The notes under the pieces were generated by a model, which did no database searches, was not told the DNA's origin, and saw only the letters and a list, made by a program, of their open reading frames with translations. This document shows positions 18,113 through 28,339 of a DNA stretch of 64,000 nucleotides, one piece after another (position 1 is the first letter of the stretch; each line of letters opens with the position of its first letter). This DNA is from Bacilli bacterium (GTDB lineage Bacteria; Bacillota_I; Bacilli_A; RFN20; CAG-826): contig JAFUHI010000016.1 in the NCBI GenBank assembly GCA_017468925.1, positions 15,769 to 79,768 of the forward strand. Direction: 5' to 3'. Both the position numbers and the translations under genes were made by a program.

Positions 18113-20566
18113 TTAGTGTTGTCTTTTCTTTCTCAAGAAGAAGAATCCGCCCAACGCCAAAGCCGAGATAGACAAAATGATGATGAGTCCAGTATAGGAA
18201 GTCTCTTCTGCAAAAGGCATAATCTTATGGCCTAATGAGGAGATTCCAGCTGAAGTGACGTTATCGCCATTGATCGTTGCCCAAGCTTGAAGTCTAGCAT
18301 AAGCATCGGCGAATTCGCTTTCGCTCACAAACCTTTCTCTAGCTGTGGCGGTCATGCCATTGAATTTGGCTTTTGCATTTGCGTAATATGCGTGCTCTGC
18401 ATCGCTGCAATAGCCAAGGTTCTCGTTGTAATCGCTCATATGGAGATAATTGTTCACGAGATCGTTTAGATGGAAGTCGTCGGTTGTTCCTGAGAGCGAA
18501 TTGAGGAATCTAGCATAACGATTGTCGTCGGAGTACGCTCTGATGCCTAATTCCGCTTCAACAGTTAAATTCTGTGTCTTTAGAGTGGCCCAGAGTTTTG
18601 GATGGACCATGATTCTTACGGCTTTTCCGCTGGCGTGGATTATCATAGCCTTGGTCAAACGAGAGGCATTTGGAACGCCGTCGGTGTAGCCATAAGCATC
18701 GAAATAACTAATCGCATATTCGCTTTGGGCGATTTCTACGCCCGGGTTGTTTCTCCAATCGTCAACGGTTCTGCCGTTAACTGTAAATAAATGAAGCATG
18801 TAATCAAGCCCGACCTTATCGGTCAAACCATATCCTACGGCGGATACATCGACATCGGTGTTCAATTCAAGAAGCCCGGTTCCATTAGGGAACTCGCTGA
18901 CGCTTAGTGATGTGAAATTCGCATCGATTTGCTCGCCATTAAATTTGACGAAATCGTGTCTAGTTGTGTTGCGGGCAATGATTGGATTGTCGTCCGCGTC
19001 AAGAGATTGCCAGCAGGCACCTTCACGGATTGAGAATGTTGGGAATTCCATTCCATAGTCATAGAAGAATTGATATGGGATCCTAATGAAGAATTGATAA
19101 TACGCTTGGTCGGTGATTAGCGAAGGCATGATAGCATTATCGTAATTACGATTGGTGGATCCAGTCGGATGCTCAATCTCATATAGAGGATTTTGGGCCC
19201 AATCAGCGTCGAAATCTTTATAATTTCCTCTCGCCCAGCACAAATAATGAATCATTGGCTTGCCATCTAGCAAAATGTCATCAAACAAATAACGATAATG
19301 ATCAGCCCACCAAGCTTCTGTTGTGATTGCGCTTGGGCGCTTTACATTGGTCCTGACATAAAGCCACTTAAATGGAGCGCCTGACGAATTATATCGATCA
19401 TCCCAAATATCGATCCCTTCAATCTGGAATGCAACTGGCGTTTCGTTTAAGTTCTCAACCCTCACAAATGTGCGGTTGTAATATTCGGCTGTGTCAGTTG
19501 AAGGGAAGGTTGATTTGAATGCAACATCCTCGCTCAACTCATATGTGACTCCTTCATTATAACCTCTGAATATGCCGGCTTTGAATGTGATGGTTGTATC
19601 AAGAATCGGGAAATATTCAATGTTCAACTTGAATGCAAGTGTGTTGGCCAAATATTCAATCGCAACGGGATTGAACGCATAACCAACATTTGTCGGGAAT
19701 GAATGCACGCCTTCAGAACGTGAATACAAGGAAGATGATGCATCATAATCAATCCAATAGCCAAGTGTTTTTCCGTTAATGACGATACCGTTTCTTAAGT
19801 CAATTTGATTACCATCGGCATCAATGAACTCCGCCATATGATCGTTAAGGTATGCTTTAGCGGTGAAAATATCATAACCAAAGGTGAAATTGACGAAATC
19901 ATCGCCAATGTTATTCCAATCCCAAGAGGCCGAGCCAAAAGCGATTGAGTCTTTGATATCGACATTAGCAACATTTAGTTCGATATTGGCGACAGTCAAC
20001 GTCCCGTTCATATCGCCCATCTTGATGATGAAGCCACAGAATTTTTCAACATAGTCGGATGTGACAGTCATTAGCCATGGATGCCATTCGCCATCATTCA
20101 CAGGGGTGAAAGAGTGCAATGGGTATTGTCCATCGCTTCCCAAAACCTGCAATAAATATGGCCAAGAGCCATCTGCGACATTCTTCTCTGGTGCTTGGTT
20201 ATCAAGCTTGTACCAGAAATGGACATTGGTTACTGAAGCTAGTGGCGTTAATGTGTATGGATTTGTTGTGGTTTGGGTGTTTTCATCGACAAACCTAACT
20301 TCTGGATTGACGCTGGTATTACCCTCTGCGCCGAACACATAAGCAGTTACTTCATTTCCATCATGTCCTTGCATCGTCTCGAAATGATGAGATGTGTAGC
20401 CTTTAATCTTAGTTTCCTCTAGATGAAGCGTTCCAGCTGGTTCTTCTTCAACCACCGCAGCACCGACGGCATGCGGGGATGAAACTCTAGAAACAGTCAA
20501 AACTGCTGCGCTAGCGCCCACTAAAGCAAAAAGGCCAGATAACAATAAAAGTTTTTTTGCTTTCAT
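18113..20566 (-). CDS. Large surface protein, unknown family (signal peptide plus C-terminal TM anchor); paralogue of 38379..40793
   Basis: 817 aa. N-terminal MKAKKLLLLSGLFALVGASAA and C-terminal GLIIILSISALALGGFFFLRKKRQH. Collinear similarity with the 804-aa protein along the whole length. Confidence 0.6.
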   Translation of the reverse strand: MKAKKLLLLSGLFALVGASAAVLTVSRVSSPHAVGAAVVEEEPAGTLHLEETKIKGYTSHHFETMQGHDGNEVTAYVFGAEGNTSVNPEVRFVDENTQTTTNPYTLTPLASVTNVHFWYKLDNQAPEKNVADGSWPYLLQVLGSDGQYPLHSFTPVNDGEWHPWLMTVTSDYVEKFCGFIIKMGDMNGTLTVANIELNVANVDIKDSIAFGSASWDWNNIGDDFVNFTFGYDIFTAKAYLNDHMAEFIDADGNQIDLRNGIVINGKTLGYWIDYDASSSLYSRSEGVHSFPTNVGYAFNPVAIEYLANTLAFKLNIEYFPILDTTITFKAGIFRGYNEGVTYELSEDVAFKSTFPSTDTAEYYNRTFVRVENLNETPVAFQIEGIDIWDDRYNSSGAPFKWLYVRTNVKRPSAITTEAWWADHYRYLFDDILLDGKPMIHYLCWARGNYKDFDADWAQNPLYEIEHPTGSTNRNYDNAIMPSLITDQAYYQFFIRIPYQFFYDYGMEFPTFSIREGACWQSLDADDNPIIARNTTRHDFVKFNGEQIDANFTSLSVSEFPNGTGLLELNTDVDVSAVGYGLTDKVGLDYMLHLFTVNGRTVDDWRNNPGVEIAQSEYAISYFDAYGYTDGVPNASRLTKAMIIHASGKAVRIMVHPKLWATLKTQNLTVEAELGIRAYSDDNRYARFLNSLSGTTDDFHLNDLVNNYLHMSDYNENLGYCSDAEHAYYANAKAKFNGMTATARERFVSESEFADAYARLQAWATINGDNVTSAGISSLGHKIMPFAEETSYTGLIIILSISALALGGFFFLRKKRQH

Positions 20567-20804
20567 TCTTTTCTCCTTTTTTAATGTAATTAAATTATAG
20601 TCAAGGAAGCGGTTACATCGCTACTTTGAATCAAAAATATTAATATTTAGCATTGAGCGGATAAAAAATGAGACAAAAAGAGATCCTTCGAGCTATATCC
20701 AAATAAATTAAGTTTGTGCTTCCAAATGCAAAACCTAAAAAATGAAAGAATTATGGCGTTTATTATTTTATGTATAATAAATATAGATTAGGAGATAAAA
20801 GACA

Positions 20805-21710
20805 ATGAAAAACATGCGCATTCCTTTATATGTCTCTTTGGGGGTGATGATTCTAGGCATCATATTAGGCTCATTCTTTGATTACCAATTATCGAGTGCA
20901 ATAGCGTCTTCCACGAATGGTTTTGCTTTGACCATATCGGCGATTGCGCCAACAATCGGCTTTGCGGGGCTGACTTTCCTTGCTGGCGGCTTTGTTGGAT
21001 TGGCTCTTCAAAAAGAAAGCAAAACATGGATGAAAATCCTTTTCTTCATTTTAGCTGCGGCCGGATTGTTCGCCGGGGTTTATTATTCGGGTCCAGAATA
21101 TTTTGGGGTAAATGGTTTCTATGAAGCCGCTCCAAAATTCGTCGGATATTTAATCGCTTTATTGCCATTAAGTGGAGCATGCGTAGGAGGCTATTTCGTT
21201 TTCCGCAAATGCGAAAACAAAACATTCTGGATAATCCTTGTCATTGCCTATGCTGTAATGATATTGGCTTTACTCGGCTCGGTTGTTGTCCTAAAAGACA
21301 TCATGCATCGCCCGAGATTCCGCACCGTCTCCACAACAGATGTGCCTTTCCATAATTGGTGGGAGCCAACAAAAGATTACAAAGAATATATGAATTCGCT
21401 TGGAATCGCAAAAGAAGAATTCAAATCATATCCAAGCGGGCACACATGTGAAGCGAGTGTCCTATTAGTTGCAGTTACCCTTGCCCCATTAGGGAACGAG
21501 AAACTTAAAAAATACCAATTGCCCGCCTATATTGCATCATTCTTATTCGTTATTTTAACGGGATTTGCAAGGATTTTGGCTGCCGCTCATTATTTAAGCG
21601 ATGTATCAACCGGAGGCGCTGCCATGATTATATTCTTGATTGTGGCCAATGAGATAATAATCAAAGTCAAAGCGCTTCAGCCGGCAAACGAAGAAATAGC
21701 AAAAGAATAA
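20805..21710 (+). CDS. PAP2-family (type 2 phosphatidic acid phosphatase) membrane protein
   Basis: 301 aa. The three PAP2 motifs are KDIMHRPRF, PSGH and ARILAAAHYLSDV. Confidence 0.75.
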   Translation: MKNMRIPLYVSLGVMILGIILGSFFDYQLSSAIASSTNGFALTISAIAPTIGFAGLTFLAGGFVGLALQKESKTWMKILFFILAAAGLFAGVYYSGPEYFGVNGFYEAAPKFVGYLIALLPLSGACVGGYFVFRKCENKTFWIILVIAYAVMILALLGSVVVLKDIMHRPRFRTVSTTDVPFHNWWEPTKDYKEYMNSLGIAKEEFKSYPSGHTCEASVLLVAVTLAPLGNEKLKKYQLPAYIASFLFVILTGFARILAAAHYLSDVSTGGAAMIIFLIVANEIIIKVKALQPANEEIAKE

Positions 21711-21824
21711 TTCATTTAAAAGGCTAATGATTGCTCATTTATGATTTTTAACGTAATTTATTCTTTTATTGAACATCCTTGCAACAATGCATTTAATGTA
21801 AATCCTTTAAGTCATGACCTATAT

Positions 21825-21849
21825 CAAAAACCCCTCTACTTATGAGGGG
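21825..21849 (-). terminator. Intrinsic terminator after degV-like gene
   Basis: Minus strand: CCCCTC-ataagta-GAGGGG followed by TTTTTG, 17 nt after the stop. Confidence 0.6.
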
Positions 21850-21865
21850 CAAATGATGATTGATT

Positions 21866-22759
21866 TTATTTTTCTGGGCTCGTGATTGTCACTTTTTTGC
21901 CTTTGCAGGCCAGATGGATAACACCTGGGCCACAAGAAACGCCAATGATTGGCCCAACCCAATATTCAACTATTTCGGCATTCAATTCTTCGCTGAGCCT
22001 CTTTTTTAAATAATCAGAAGCTTCTTGTGCCATGCCTTGCCCGACGTAAACGACTGGTTTTTCTATGCCTTCCACCGCTTCTTTCACTATATCGAATAGC
22101 CTTGCCAAAGCTTTTTTAGAGCCTTGGACTTTTGCCACGGCGTAATTATGCCCCAATGTATCTCCGATAATAATCGGCTTAATGCCAAATAAATTCCCAA
22201 AGAAAGCGGATGATCCAGAGACCCTGCCGGCGTTCTTTAAATAAGTTAGAGTTTCCACCGTGCCACACAAATTGTATGTGAGCTTTTCTTTATCGACCCA
22301 TTCGATTATTTCTTCCATAGATTTGCCTTCTTCTTGCAAATCGCCTGCATCCATTGCAAGCAAGCCTAAAGCCATCCCAGCGCGGCAAGTATCGATTCCG
22401 ATGATTTTTCTATCTGGATATTCCTTTTTCAAATCTTCCACAGTCAAACGGAAGACATTTAAAGACCCGCTTAAAACAGTCGCGCAGGCAAGATACAAAA
22501 TATCGATGCCTTGGTCTAATAAAGGCTTCATTTTTTCTACGAATTCACCCATTTGAATAAGGCTTGTCTTCACTTTCTTCTCTGGATCTTTGATCCATTC
22601 ATATAATTGCTCAGGCGTGTATTCTATGAAATCCAAATCAGCATGATATTCCTCATCGTTGACGTTTATCCCCATGCGGAAATATTCAAGATGATGTTTG
22701 CTTCTTTGCTCCGTTGTTAAATCACTTGAAGAATCTGTAAATATTTGAAATTTAGCCAT
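21866..22759 (-). CDS. DegV family fatty-acid-binding protein
   Basis: 297 aa. IFTDSSSDL N-terminus and the overall DegV pattern. Confidence 0.8.
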   Translation of the reverse strand: MAKFQIFTDSSSDLTTEQRSKHHLEYFRMGINVNDEEYHADLDFIEYTPEQLYEWIKDPEKKVKTSLIQMGEFVEKMKPLLDQGIDILYLACATVLSGSLNVFRLTVEDLKKEYPDRKIIGIDTCRAGMALGLLAMDAGDLQEEGKSMEEIIEWVDKEKLTYNLCGTVETLTYLKNAGRVSGSSAFFGNLFGIKPIIIGDTLGHNYAVAKVQGSKKALARLFDIVKEAVEGIEKPVVYVGQGMAQEASDYLKKRLSEELNAEIVEYWVGPIIGVSCGPGVIHLACKGKKVTITSPEK

Positions 22760-23187
22760 AATTGTTTCCTTTCGAATTACTAGTATCGCACAGTAATTAT
22801 ATTTTGAAAAAAGATTTTAATGTGGATCCGCTAAATGCTATAGTAAAGGTCGCTATTTTGGAAATTACATCGACTACGCTCCAGATGATGGAGAATATGT
22901 TTTTATTATCACCAGGCAAAGATCAAAAAGCCAGGTATGTGGTATTTCTTTTACCCCGCCAACAAAGGGATATTGCCTTATTCTGAATTAACAATGAATG
23001 TGGAAAGAAAAATTGTTGAAGAAACAAGTTTATCAAGGCATACATACATTGGTTCAATCACGAACGTCCAGCATATGCATTGCAATATAAAACCCCACAT
23101 CAATATAAACATGACATGGGGTATTAAGACTTTTTTTGAACTGTCTACCTAATTCATTAAAAGTTGATTCTCTTTAATTAGAAACAA

Positions 23188-23880
23188 TTAGTCATTAGAC
23201 GAATCTATCGCCTTTATTATCCTTTCGGCGATTCTTTCCATCCCCAAATCACCAGGGTGTGAAGAATAGATTGTCTCGCCATATTGGTCGAACGCCATAT
23301 TACTTCTATCTTCACCTAAATCGTCTAGTTTTATATATCTGATATCCAATTGATCCGAGACTTCTTTTATCGCAGAGTCAATTAGGTCATGATGCCAAAA
23401 AAGCGAGGTGATATACACTTTATCGCATATCCTTTTTAGGCCAGTGGCCAAAGGAATGAAGCCTCTTAGAGGGCTCGTGGTCTTAAGGCATTCTCTATTA
23501 AAATTCTCCCCAATCCTCACTATAACGATATCAGGTTTGAATTCTTTAGCGGTGCTTAGAATCGAATTAAGTTTCGCTTCATTCGTATAGTCCTTTTCCC
23601 AATTGCCTCCGTTAAAAACCAAGATAGATGTTTTAGGATGCTTTTCTAAAATATGGCGATAAACAATATGGACATAATCATGATCGATGTCGCTTGCGGC
23701 CATGCCGCACTTCTTATTCCATCCTATTTCTTCTTTTGGTTCATGGATGGTGATGGAATTGCCAATGAACATCACCTTGAAATCCGCTTTATCTTTGTCC
23801 GCTCCATCAAAATAATATGGAAAAGCGACCTGGTTTTCAGCATCAACGCCATTTTTAAGAAACTCTAGATTGATTGCCAT
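23188..23880 (-). CDS. SGNH/GDSL-type hydrolase
   Basis: 230 aa. Block I FIGNSIT and C-terminal SSHPGDLG (DxxH-like block V). Confidence 0.6.
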   Translation of the reverse strand: MAINLEFLKNGVDAENQVAFPYYFDGADKDKADFKVMFIGNSITIHEPKEEIGWNKKCGMAASDIDHDYVHIVYRHILEKHPKTSILVFNGGNWEKDYTNEAKLNSILSTAKEFKPDIVIVRIGENFNRECLKTTSPLRGFIPLATGLKRICDKVYITSLFWHHDLIDSAIKEVSDQLDIRYIKLDDLGEDRSNMAFDQYGETIYSSHPGDLGMERIAERIIKAIDSSND

Positions 23881-23957
23881 ACGTTTATTATAGATAACAT
23901 CTTGATTTTTTGAATTTAAATTGCTGTTTTTGAAAATTTCAGAAACACGAAAACATC

Positions 23958-24062
23958 GCGATATTTGGTGGAAACTCGATTTTTTTATGACTTTCCACCA
24001 GCTATCTCAACATTTTGGGGCGATAATTGGTGGAAACTCGAATTTTTTATGACTTTCCACCA
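23958..24062. repeat. Two 43-bp direct repeats (period 62 bp), each containing a 9-bp inverted repeat TGGTGGAAA-N17-TTTCCACCA
   Basis: Copies at 23958-24000 and 24020-24062 differ at two positions. They lie between the stop of 24122..25633 and the start of 23188..23880. Confidence 0.8.
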
Positions 24063-24121
24063 ATTATTGATTTCCAGGTGCTTCCATTATGAAAAATGAT
24101 GATTTTTAAGAAAAAATTGCT

Positions 24122-25633
24122 CTAAAAATAAAGTTCGATGTCTCTTGAGGAAACAAACTCTAATTGATTGCCTTTTTTAATGATTTCTGCGTTTGTGGCA
24201 AGACTATACATAAAATTCCTATGAGAATAATTAATCATATTGTTTTTAATCGACACGATATCTGTTTTTGTAGGTTCACCCAAGGTGAATATGAGGTTGC
24301 CACATCCAATGAATTTTATCCTCTTTTCGAAGAAGATGATTTTCCCTTTTTTGCCATTTGAGAAGGTCACATCCACTTCCAAATTATCACCATCTACTTT
24401 TGTAGATACGTCTTTGGCATTATTTTCTATTTTCAACGCGCATTCATTTCCGTTTTCAGACCATATCCTAGAATCCACAACAGGGAGATTGTCATATGTT
24501 GCGTCCCATTTTTTGAGTCTTCTATTGATATATCTTTCCTTATATTGATCATTGAATAAATTGATATCCCTAAAATACAGCGATTTCCCATTCAAAAATA
24601 AGTTTGACCTATAAAACTTAGAGTTATACCAGATGGATTTGTGATCCCTTTTTGCCCAAGACGATAAGGCCATGAGGGTTTGAGGAGGCGTGGACTTATA
24701 TGCAGAAGCAAAATTAATCGATGTCTCAAGAAGAGTTTCGAACACAATATGGCCTTTGTCCGCTAATTTCTTTAGCTTCTCAATCTGCATCCTATATCCT
24801 TTTTCCATATTCGGCCAGAAGAAAGAATTTTCTTGACCTGTGGTAAGATGAGAAAACGATAAACAATCCCTAGAGAAATATTCCTTTAGATACCAATCAA
24901 CGATATCGTTATTTTGCCCGCTATACCAAGCTGGCTCCAATGTGAAACACCCTTCATGCGGCGCTTCATCCCCAAGATATTTCCATTCATCATATCCATA
25001 GATCGGATCAATCCCTAGCATCCTGAAAATAGGCGCATTAATTTGATTCTCTTTGCTTTGAGCGGGGCAAAGCATGTTGTTTTTGCTAGGATAATATACT
25101 CCGTTATAGAATCCGCCCCACAAGGTATATGCATCGACCGCATATTGTTCCCTGCAGATGCAAAATCCTTTGACATCATACTTTTCGACCATGTATTTGA
25201 TTGAAGAGACGTCTAGAATCCATGAACCAACCACCCGAGGATAATATCCAAAGATGGAAAAGAAATACCCAAACACCTCATCGATTATCTTTTTTCTTTG
25301 AGATGTAGTATATCCTTCCAGAAAGCCAACATTCGCATACCAATCCCAATCGTATCCCGGCCTTCCGTTCCATTTAAGGCCTATTTTCTCAATCAATTCG
25401 CGGCAGTTTTCTAGCCACACTCCGATTTCTATATAAGGCGCTTTTTCTTTTAGGAACAATGACCTAAAGTCATCCCTAAGCATCGCATCATATTGCAGCA
25501 AAAAAGTCGTCGGGATACGTTCTGCTTTCGCTATCTCCATCTGCATTTTTGTTGGCAAAAACAAATCTGAAGTCGGATCACGAGGCTCTATCCCGCGGAC
25601 GAAGTTAACGATATTGACGATTCTTTTATTCAT
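24122..25633 (-). CDS. Hypothetical cytoplasmic protein (possibly carbohydrate-active; family not recognised)
   Basis: 503-aa intact ORF, no signal peptide, no motif I can name with confidence. Confidence 0.4.
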   Translation of the reverse strand: MNKRIVNIVNFVRGIEPRDPTSDLFLPTKMQMEIAKAERIPTTFLLQYDAMLRDDFRSLFLKEKAPYIEIGVWLENCRELIEKIGLKWNGRPGYDWDWYANVGFLEGYTTSQRKKIIDEVFGYFFSIFGYYPRVVGSWILDVSSIKYMVEKYDVKGFCICREQYAVDAYTLWGGFYNGVYYPSKNNMLCPAQSKENQINAPIFRMLGIDPIYGYDEWKYLGDEAPHEGCFTLEPAWYSGQNNDIVDWYLKEYFSRDCLSFSHLTTGQENSFFWPNMEKGYRMQIEKLKKLADKGHIVFETLLETSINFASAYKSTPPQTLMALSSWAKRDHKSIWYNSKFYRSNLFLNGKSLYFRDINLFNDQYKERYINRRLKKWDATYDNLPVVDSRIWSENGNECALKIENNAKDVSTKVDGDNLEVDVTFSNGKKGKIIFFEKRIKFIGCGNLIFTLGEPTKTDIVSIKNNMINYSHRNFMYSLATNAEIIKKGNQLEFVSSRDIELYF

Positions 25634-25645
25634 AATCAGTTAATT

Positions 25646-25909
25646 CTAGTTTAAGGAACCATGTTTAAAAACCGATCCTTCTTCTTTTCCAATAAGAGTG
25701 ATACTTTTACTGATTGTTATTCTTTCTAACTCGGAATATAGTCCGTCTGTGCCACTAGTGAAATCAACATCATCCACATAGATTACGTCCCCGTCTTCCG
25801 ATTGATTAATCGCCGATTTCAACGTGAACCACTCGGAAATATAGCTTCGATTTATTGGATTTAACTGAAACGGGGTGAGAAAAGGGATTAGCAAAAGAAG
25901 AAACAACAT
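25646..25909 (-). CDS. Small exported protein or N-terminal fragment of a larger secreted protein
   Basis: 87 aa. Hydrophobic N-terminus. ITISKSITLIGKEEG resembles the start of beta-helix proteins, but the ORF ends abruptly. Confidence 0.3.
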   Translation of the reverse strand: MLFLLLLIPFLTPFQLNPINRSYISEWFTLKSAINQSEDGDVIYVDDVDFTSGTDGLYSELERITISKSITLIGKEEGSVFKHGSLN

Positions 25910-26141
25910 AAATATATTTTATAGCCATTTAATCAAAACTTTGCAAATAGATAAATTATGGCGATAGTTAATAACTTTTATTTGTTATTAAAAATAATCA
26001 CTTCGACAATATCTAACTATTTTACCCGTATTAAAACAGCCTTTCACATATTTTATGTTTGCAAAACTGTTTAAGTTAGTTTTAAATACTAGATAGATTA
26101 TTCAACCAGTTTTAGGCAGTGAACAAATAGAGGCAACACAA

Positions 26142-27008
26142 ATGAAAATAGCAATATCCGCAGAGAGTCAATGCGACATCAACATCGAAGAATTAAAAAG
26201 AAGAAACATCCATATCATCAATATGCAAATAGAGCAAGATGGTGTTTCCTATTTGGATAACAAGAAAACTTTAGAGGAATTATTCAAATGGACAAAGGAA
26301 ACGAATAAATTCTGCCATACAGCCGCTTGCAACATAAATGCATTGAAAGACTACTTCCACAAATTGCTTGATGAATATGATGAGATAGTCCATGTATCAA
26401 TCTCTTCAGCGATGTCCAGCGGATATCAAAACGCCGTAATCGCTTCTGAAGACAATCCCCGTATCCACGTCATTGATTCGCTAAATGCATCTGGAGGGAC
26501 AGCGATATATGTTTTATACGCTGCGGATTTGCGCGATGCTGGGAAAGATGCTAAAGAAATAGGAGCTAAATTACTAGAAAGGCGCGGACATATCGAATGC
26601 TCCTTCCAAATCGATACACTTGAATATCTTCATCGAGGAGGGAGATGCAGCAAAATAACGATGCTTGGAGCAAACGTTCTCCGCATTAAACCGGAGATTG
26701 TCTGTGGGAAAGATGGCAAATTGACATTAGGTAAACTGCATAGAGGGCCGCAAAAGAAAGTGGTCAAAGAATATTTCGATCACATACTTTCTCAAAAGAA
26801 CATTGATAAAAGACGCTGCGTAATCGAATACTCTACCCTTGATGAAAACGGAATGAACATCTTCAACGAATGCATTAAAAGGCTAAAAGACTTCGGTTTT
26901 GAGGAGATAATCGCAGGTCAATGCGCCTCCCCTATTTCCGCATATCATGCCGGTCCTAATATCATTGGTGCGCAATTCTACACCGATGGGTCACATCCTA
27001 TATCGTAA
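26142..27008 (+). CDS. DegV family fatty-acid-binding protein (second copy)
   Basis: 288 aa with the DegV pattern (IAISAESQCDI.., LHRGGR). Confidence 0.75.
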   Translation: MKIAISAESQCDINIEELKRRNIHIINMQIEQDGVSYLDNKKTLEELFKWTKETNKFCHTAACNINALKDYFHKLLDEYDEIVHVSISSAMSSGYQNAVIASEDNPRIHVIDSLNASGGTAIYVLYAADLRDAGKDAKEIGAKLLERRGHIECSFQIDTLEYLHRGGRCSKITMLGANVLRIKPEIVCGKDGKLTLGKLHRGPQKKVVKEYFDHILSQKNIDKRRCVIEYSTLDENGMNIFNECIKRLKDFGFEEIIAGQCASPISAYHAGPNIIGAQFYTDGSHPIS

Positions 27009-27061
27009 TCAGCGTATTTATATCATTAGTTGATAAGGCAATATTTTAGAGAATATAAATG

Positions 27062-27235
27062 TTATTTGATAATCTCCCAATGGCTGCCTTTATCGCCGCC
27101 AACTCGCTTCAAAATGTCTTTTTTTCTTTAATTGATCTAAATGATATTTGGCGCCATCTTCTGTGATTTTAAGCATGACAGCCAAGTCCTTTCTCGTAAG
27201 TGTCAAATTTGCGGACATCAATTCAACAATTCTTT
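27062..27235 (-). pseudogene. Remnant of a winged-helix/HTH C-terminal domain (frameshifted in an A/T run)
   Basis: The minus strand reads ERIVELMSANLTLTRKDLAVMLKITEDGAKYHLDQLKKK. After a 1-nt shift it continues ILKRVGGDKGSHWEIIK*. An in-frame stop lies immediately upstream and there is no full-length ORF. Confidence 0.35.
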
Positions 27236-27455
27236 CTTAGGTAGTTTTCTGGGCAGCATTGCCACCTGCAATCCCAAATCCCGTTTTGTCGAAAGGAATT
27301 ATAAGACTGATAATTCCGCAAATCCGCACATTTTGGAATTTGATTAACGTTAAGAACTTTGTTTATCTACTCAAATAAATGAAGGAAAAGGCCACTTTTT
27401 CTCAAAAAAGGGTAATGAGAATCATTATGATTATATTTGTTTGATAATGGCATCG

Positions 27456-27968
27456 TTAAGCGCCACTTGCTGCTCTCACTGTTTCTACAAAAGCATTACC
27501 CAAACCCCAGCACGCCAGGAAAGTTATGATGATGGCCCCAAAAAGAATCAATAAACGCCAAATATGCTTATTGGCGAAGGCGGAGAAGAAAATGGCAAGA
27601 AAAGAAAGAGCGGCACTAATGCCACCGCCAATCGCCCCACCGATATAATAAAAACCAAGCTCAGCCAAAGCGCCAATATTGCCCAAAACCATAGTCATTA
27701 CAAATGGCAAAAGGCCAAGGACATAAACATACCATGGGGCTTTTTTCGTAACCACAAATCTCTTTTTGGAGCATACAAAAGTTATGCCGGCAAAGACATT
27801 TCCATAGATAAAGATTAGATATACTTTCTCGCCATCCACAACTTTTAGAGTTCTTTTATCGGCTCTAGTGGCTTGAATTCCATTGATCCTTGCGTTGAAT
27901 CTACCTGTCCAAGCATTGTAGGCAAATTCGATCTTTCCGATATCCGCATCGTTAAATGTCTTAGTCAT
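27456..27968 (-). CDS. Membrane protein, unknown function
   Basis: 170 aa. A soluble N-terminal part of about 60 aa is followed by 3-4 TM helices. Confidence 0.45.
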   Translation of the reverse strand: MTKTFNDADIGKIEFAYNAWTGRFNARINGIQATRADKRTLKVVDGEKVYLIFIYGNVFAGITFVCSKKRFVVTKKAPWYVYVLGLLPFVMTMVLGNIGALAELGFYYIGGAIGGGISAALSFLAIFFSAFANKHIWRLLILFGAIIITFLACWGLGNAFVETVRAASGA

Positions 27969-28339
27969 ATTGTTCTTCTCCTATTATTTGGTTATTAAAC
28001 AATAGTAGCCTAATGTGATTTAATTAACAATTCTTTGTCTTGAAAATACATCAAAAAATATATTTTGATTCAAACCATTCTTGCGTTTTATGTTAGGGCA
28101 AATATGCGCGTTTCGTTTCTCACGCTAACCTTCTTCTTTTATTCTAAAAATAGAGAGAGTCAAGCACTTGCCTATGCAAATCGCTAAATATCAGCGTTCG
28201 TAAGCGCTATTTTCAAACCAATGCAAATTTTCGGATGGAATTCTTTTAACGCTACTTTGGGTTTCTTTTGGTTGCTCAACTGTTAGTTGCTTGCGTACTT
28301 TTTATATATCCTATAAATAATTAACAAAGGTAAATCAGG

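Noticed and set aside
22762-23152. Two overlapping ORFs (74 and 71 aa) considered as a frameshifted Nudix hydrolase. GILPYSELTMNVERKIVEETSL loosely resembles GX5EX7REUXEEXGU.
   Set aside because: The spacing is one residue short and RE, G and other invariant positions are replaced. Nothing else supports it, so it is too weak to annotate. At most it is a badly decayed remnant.
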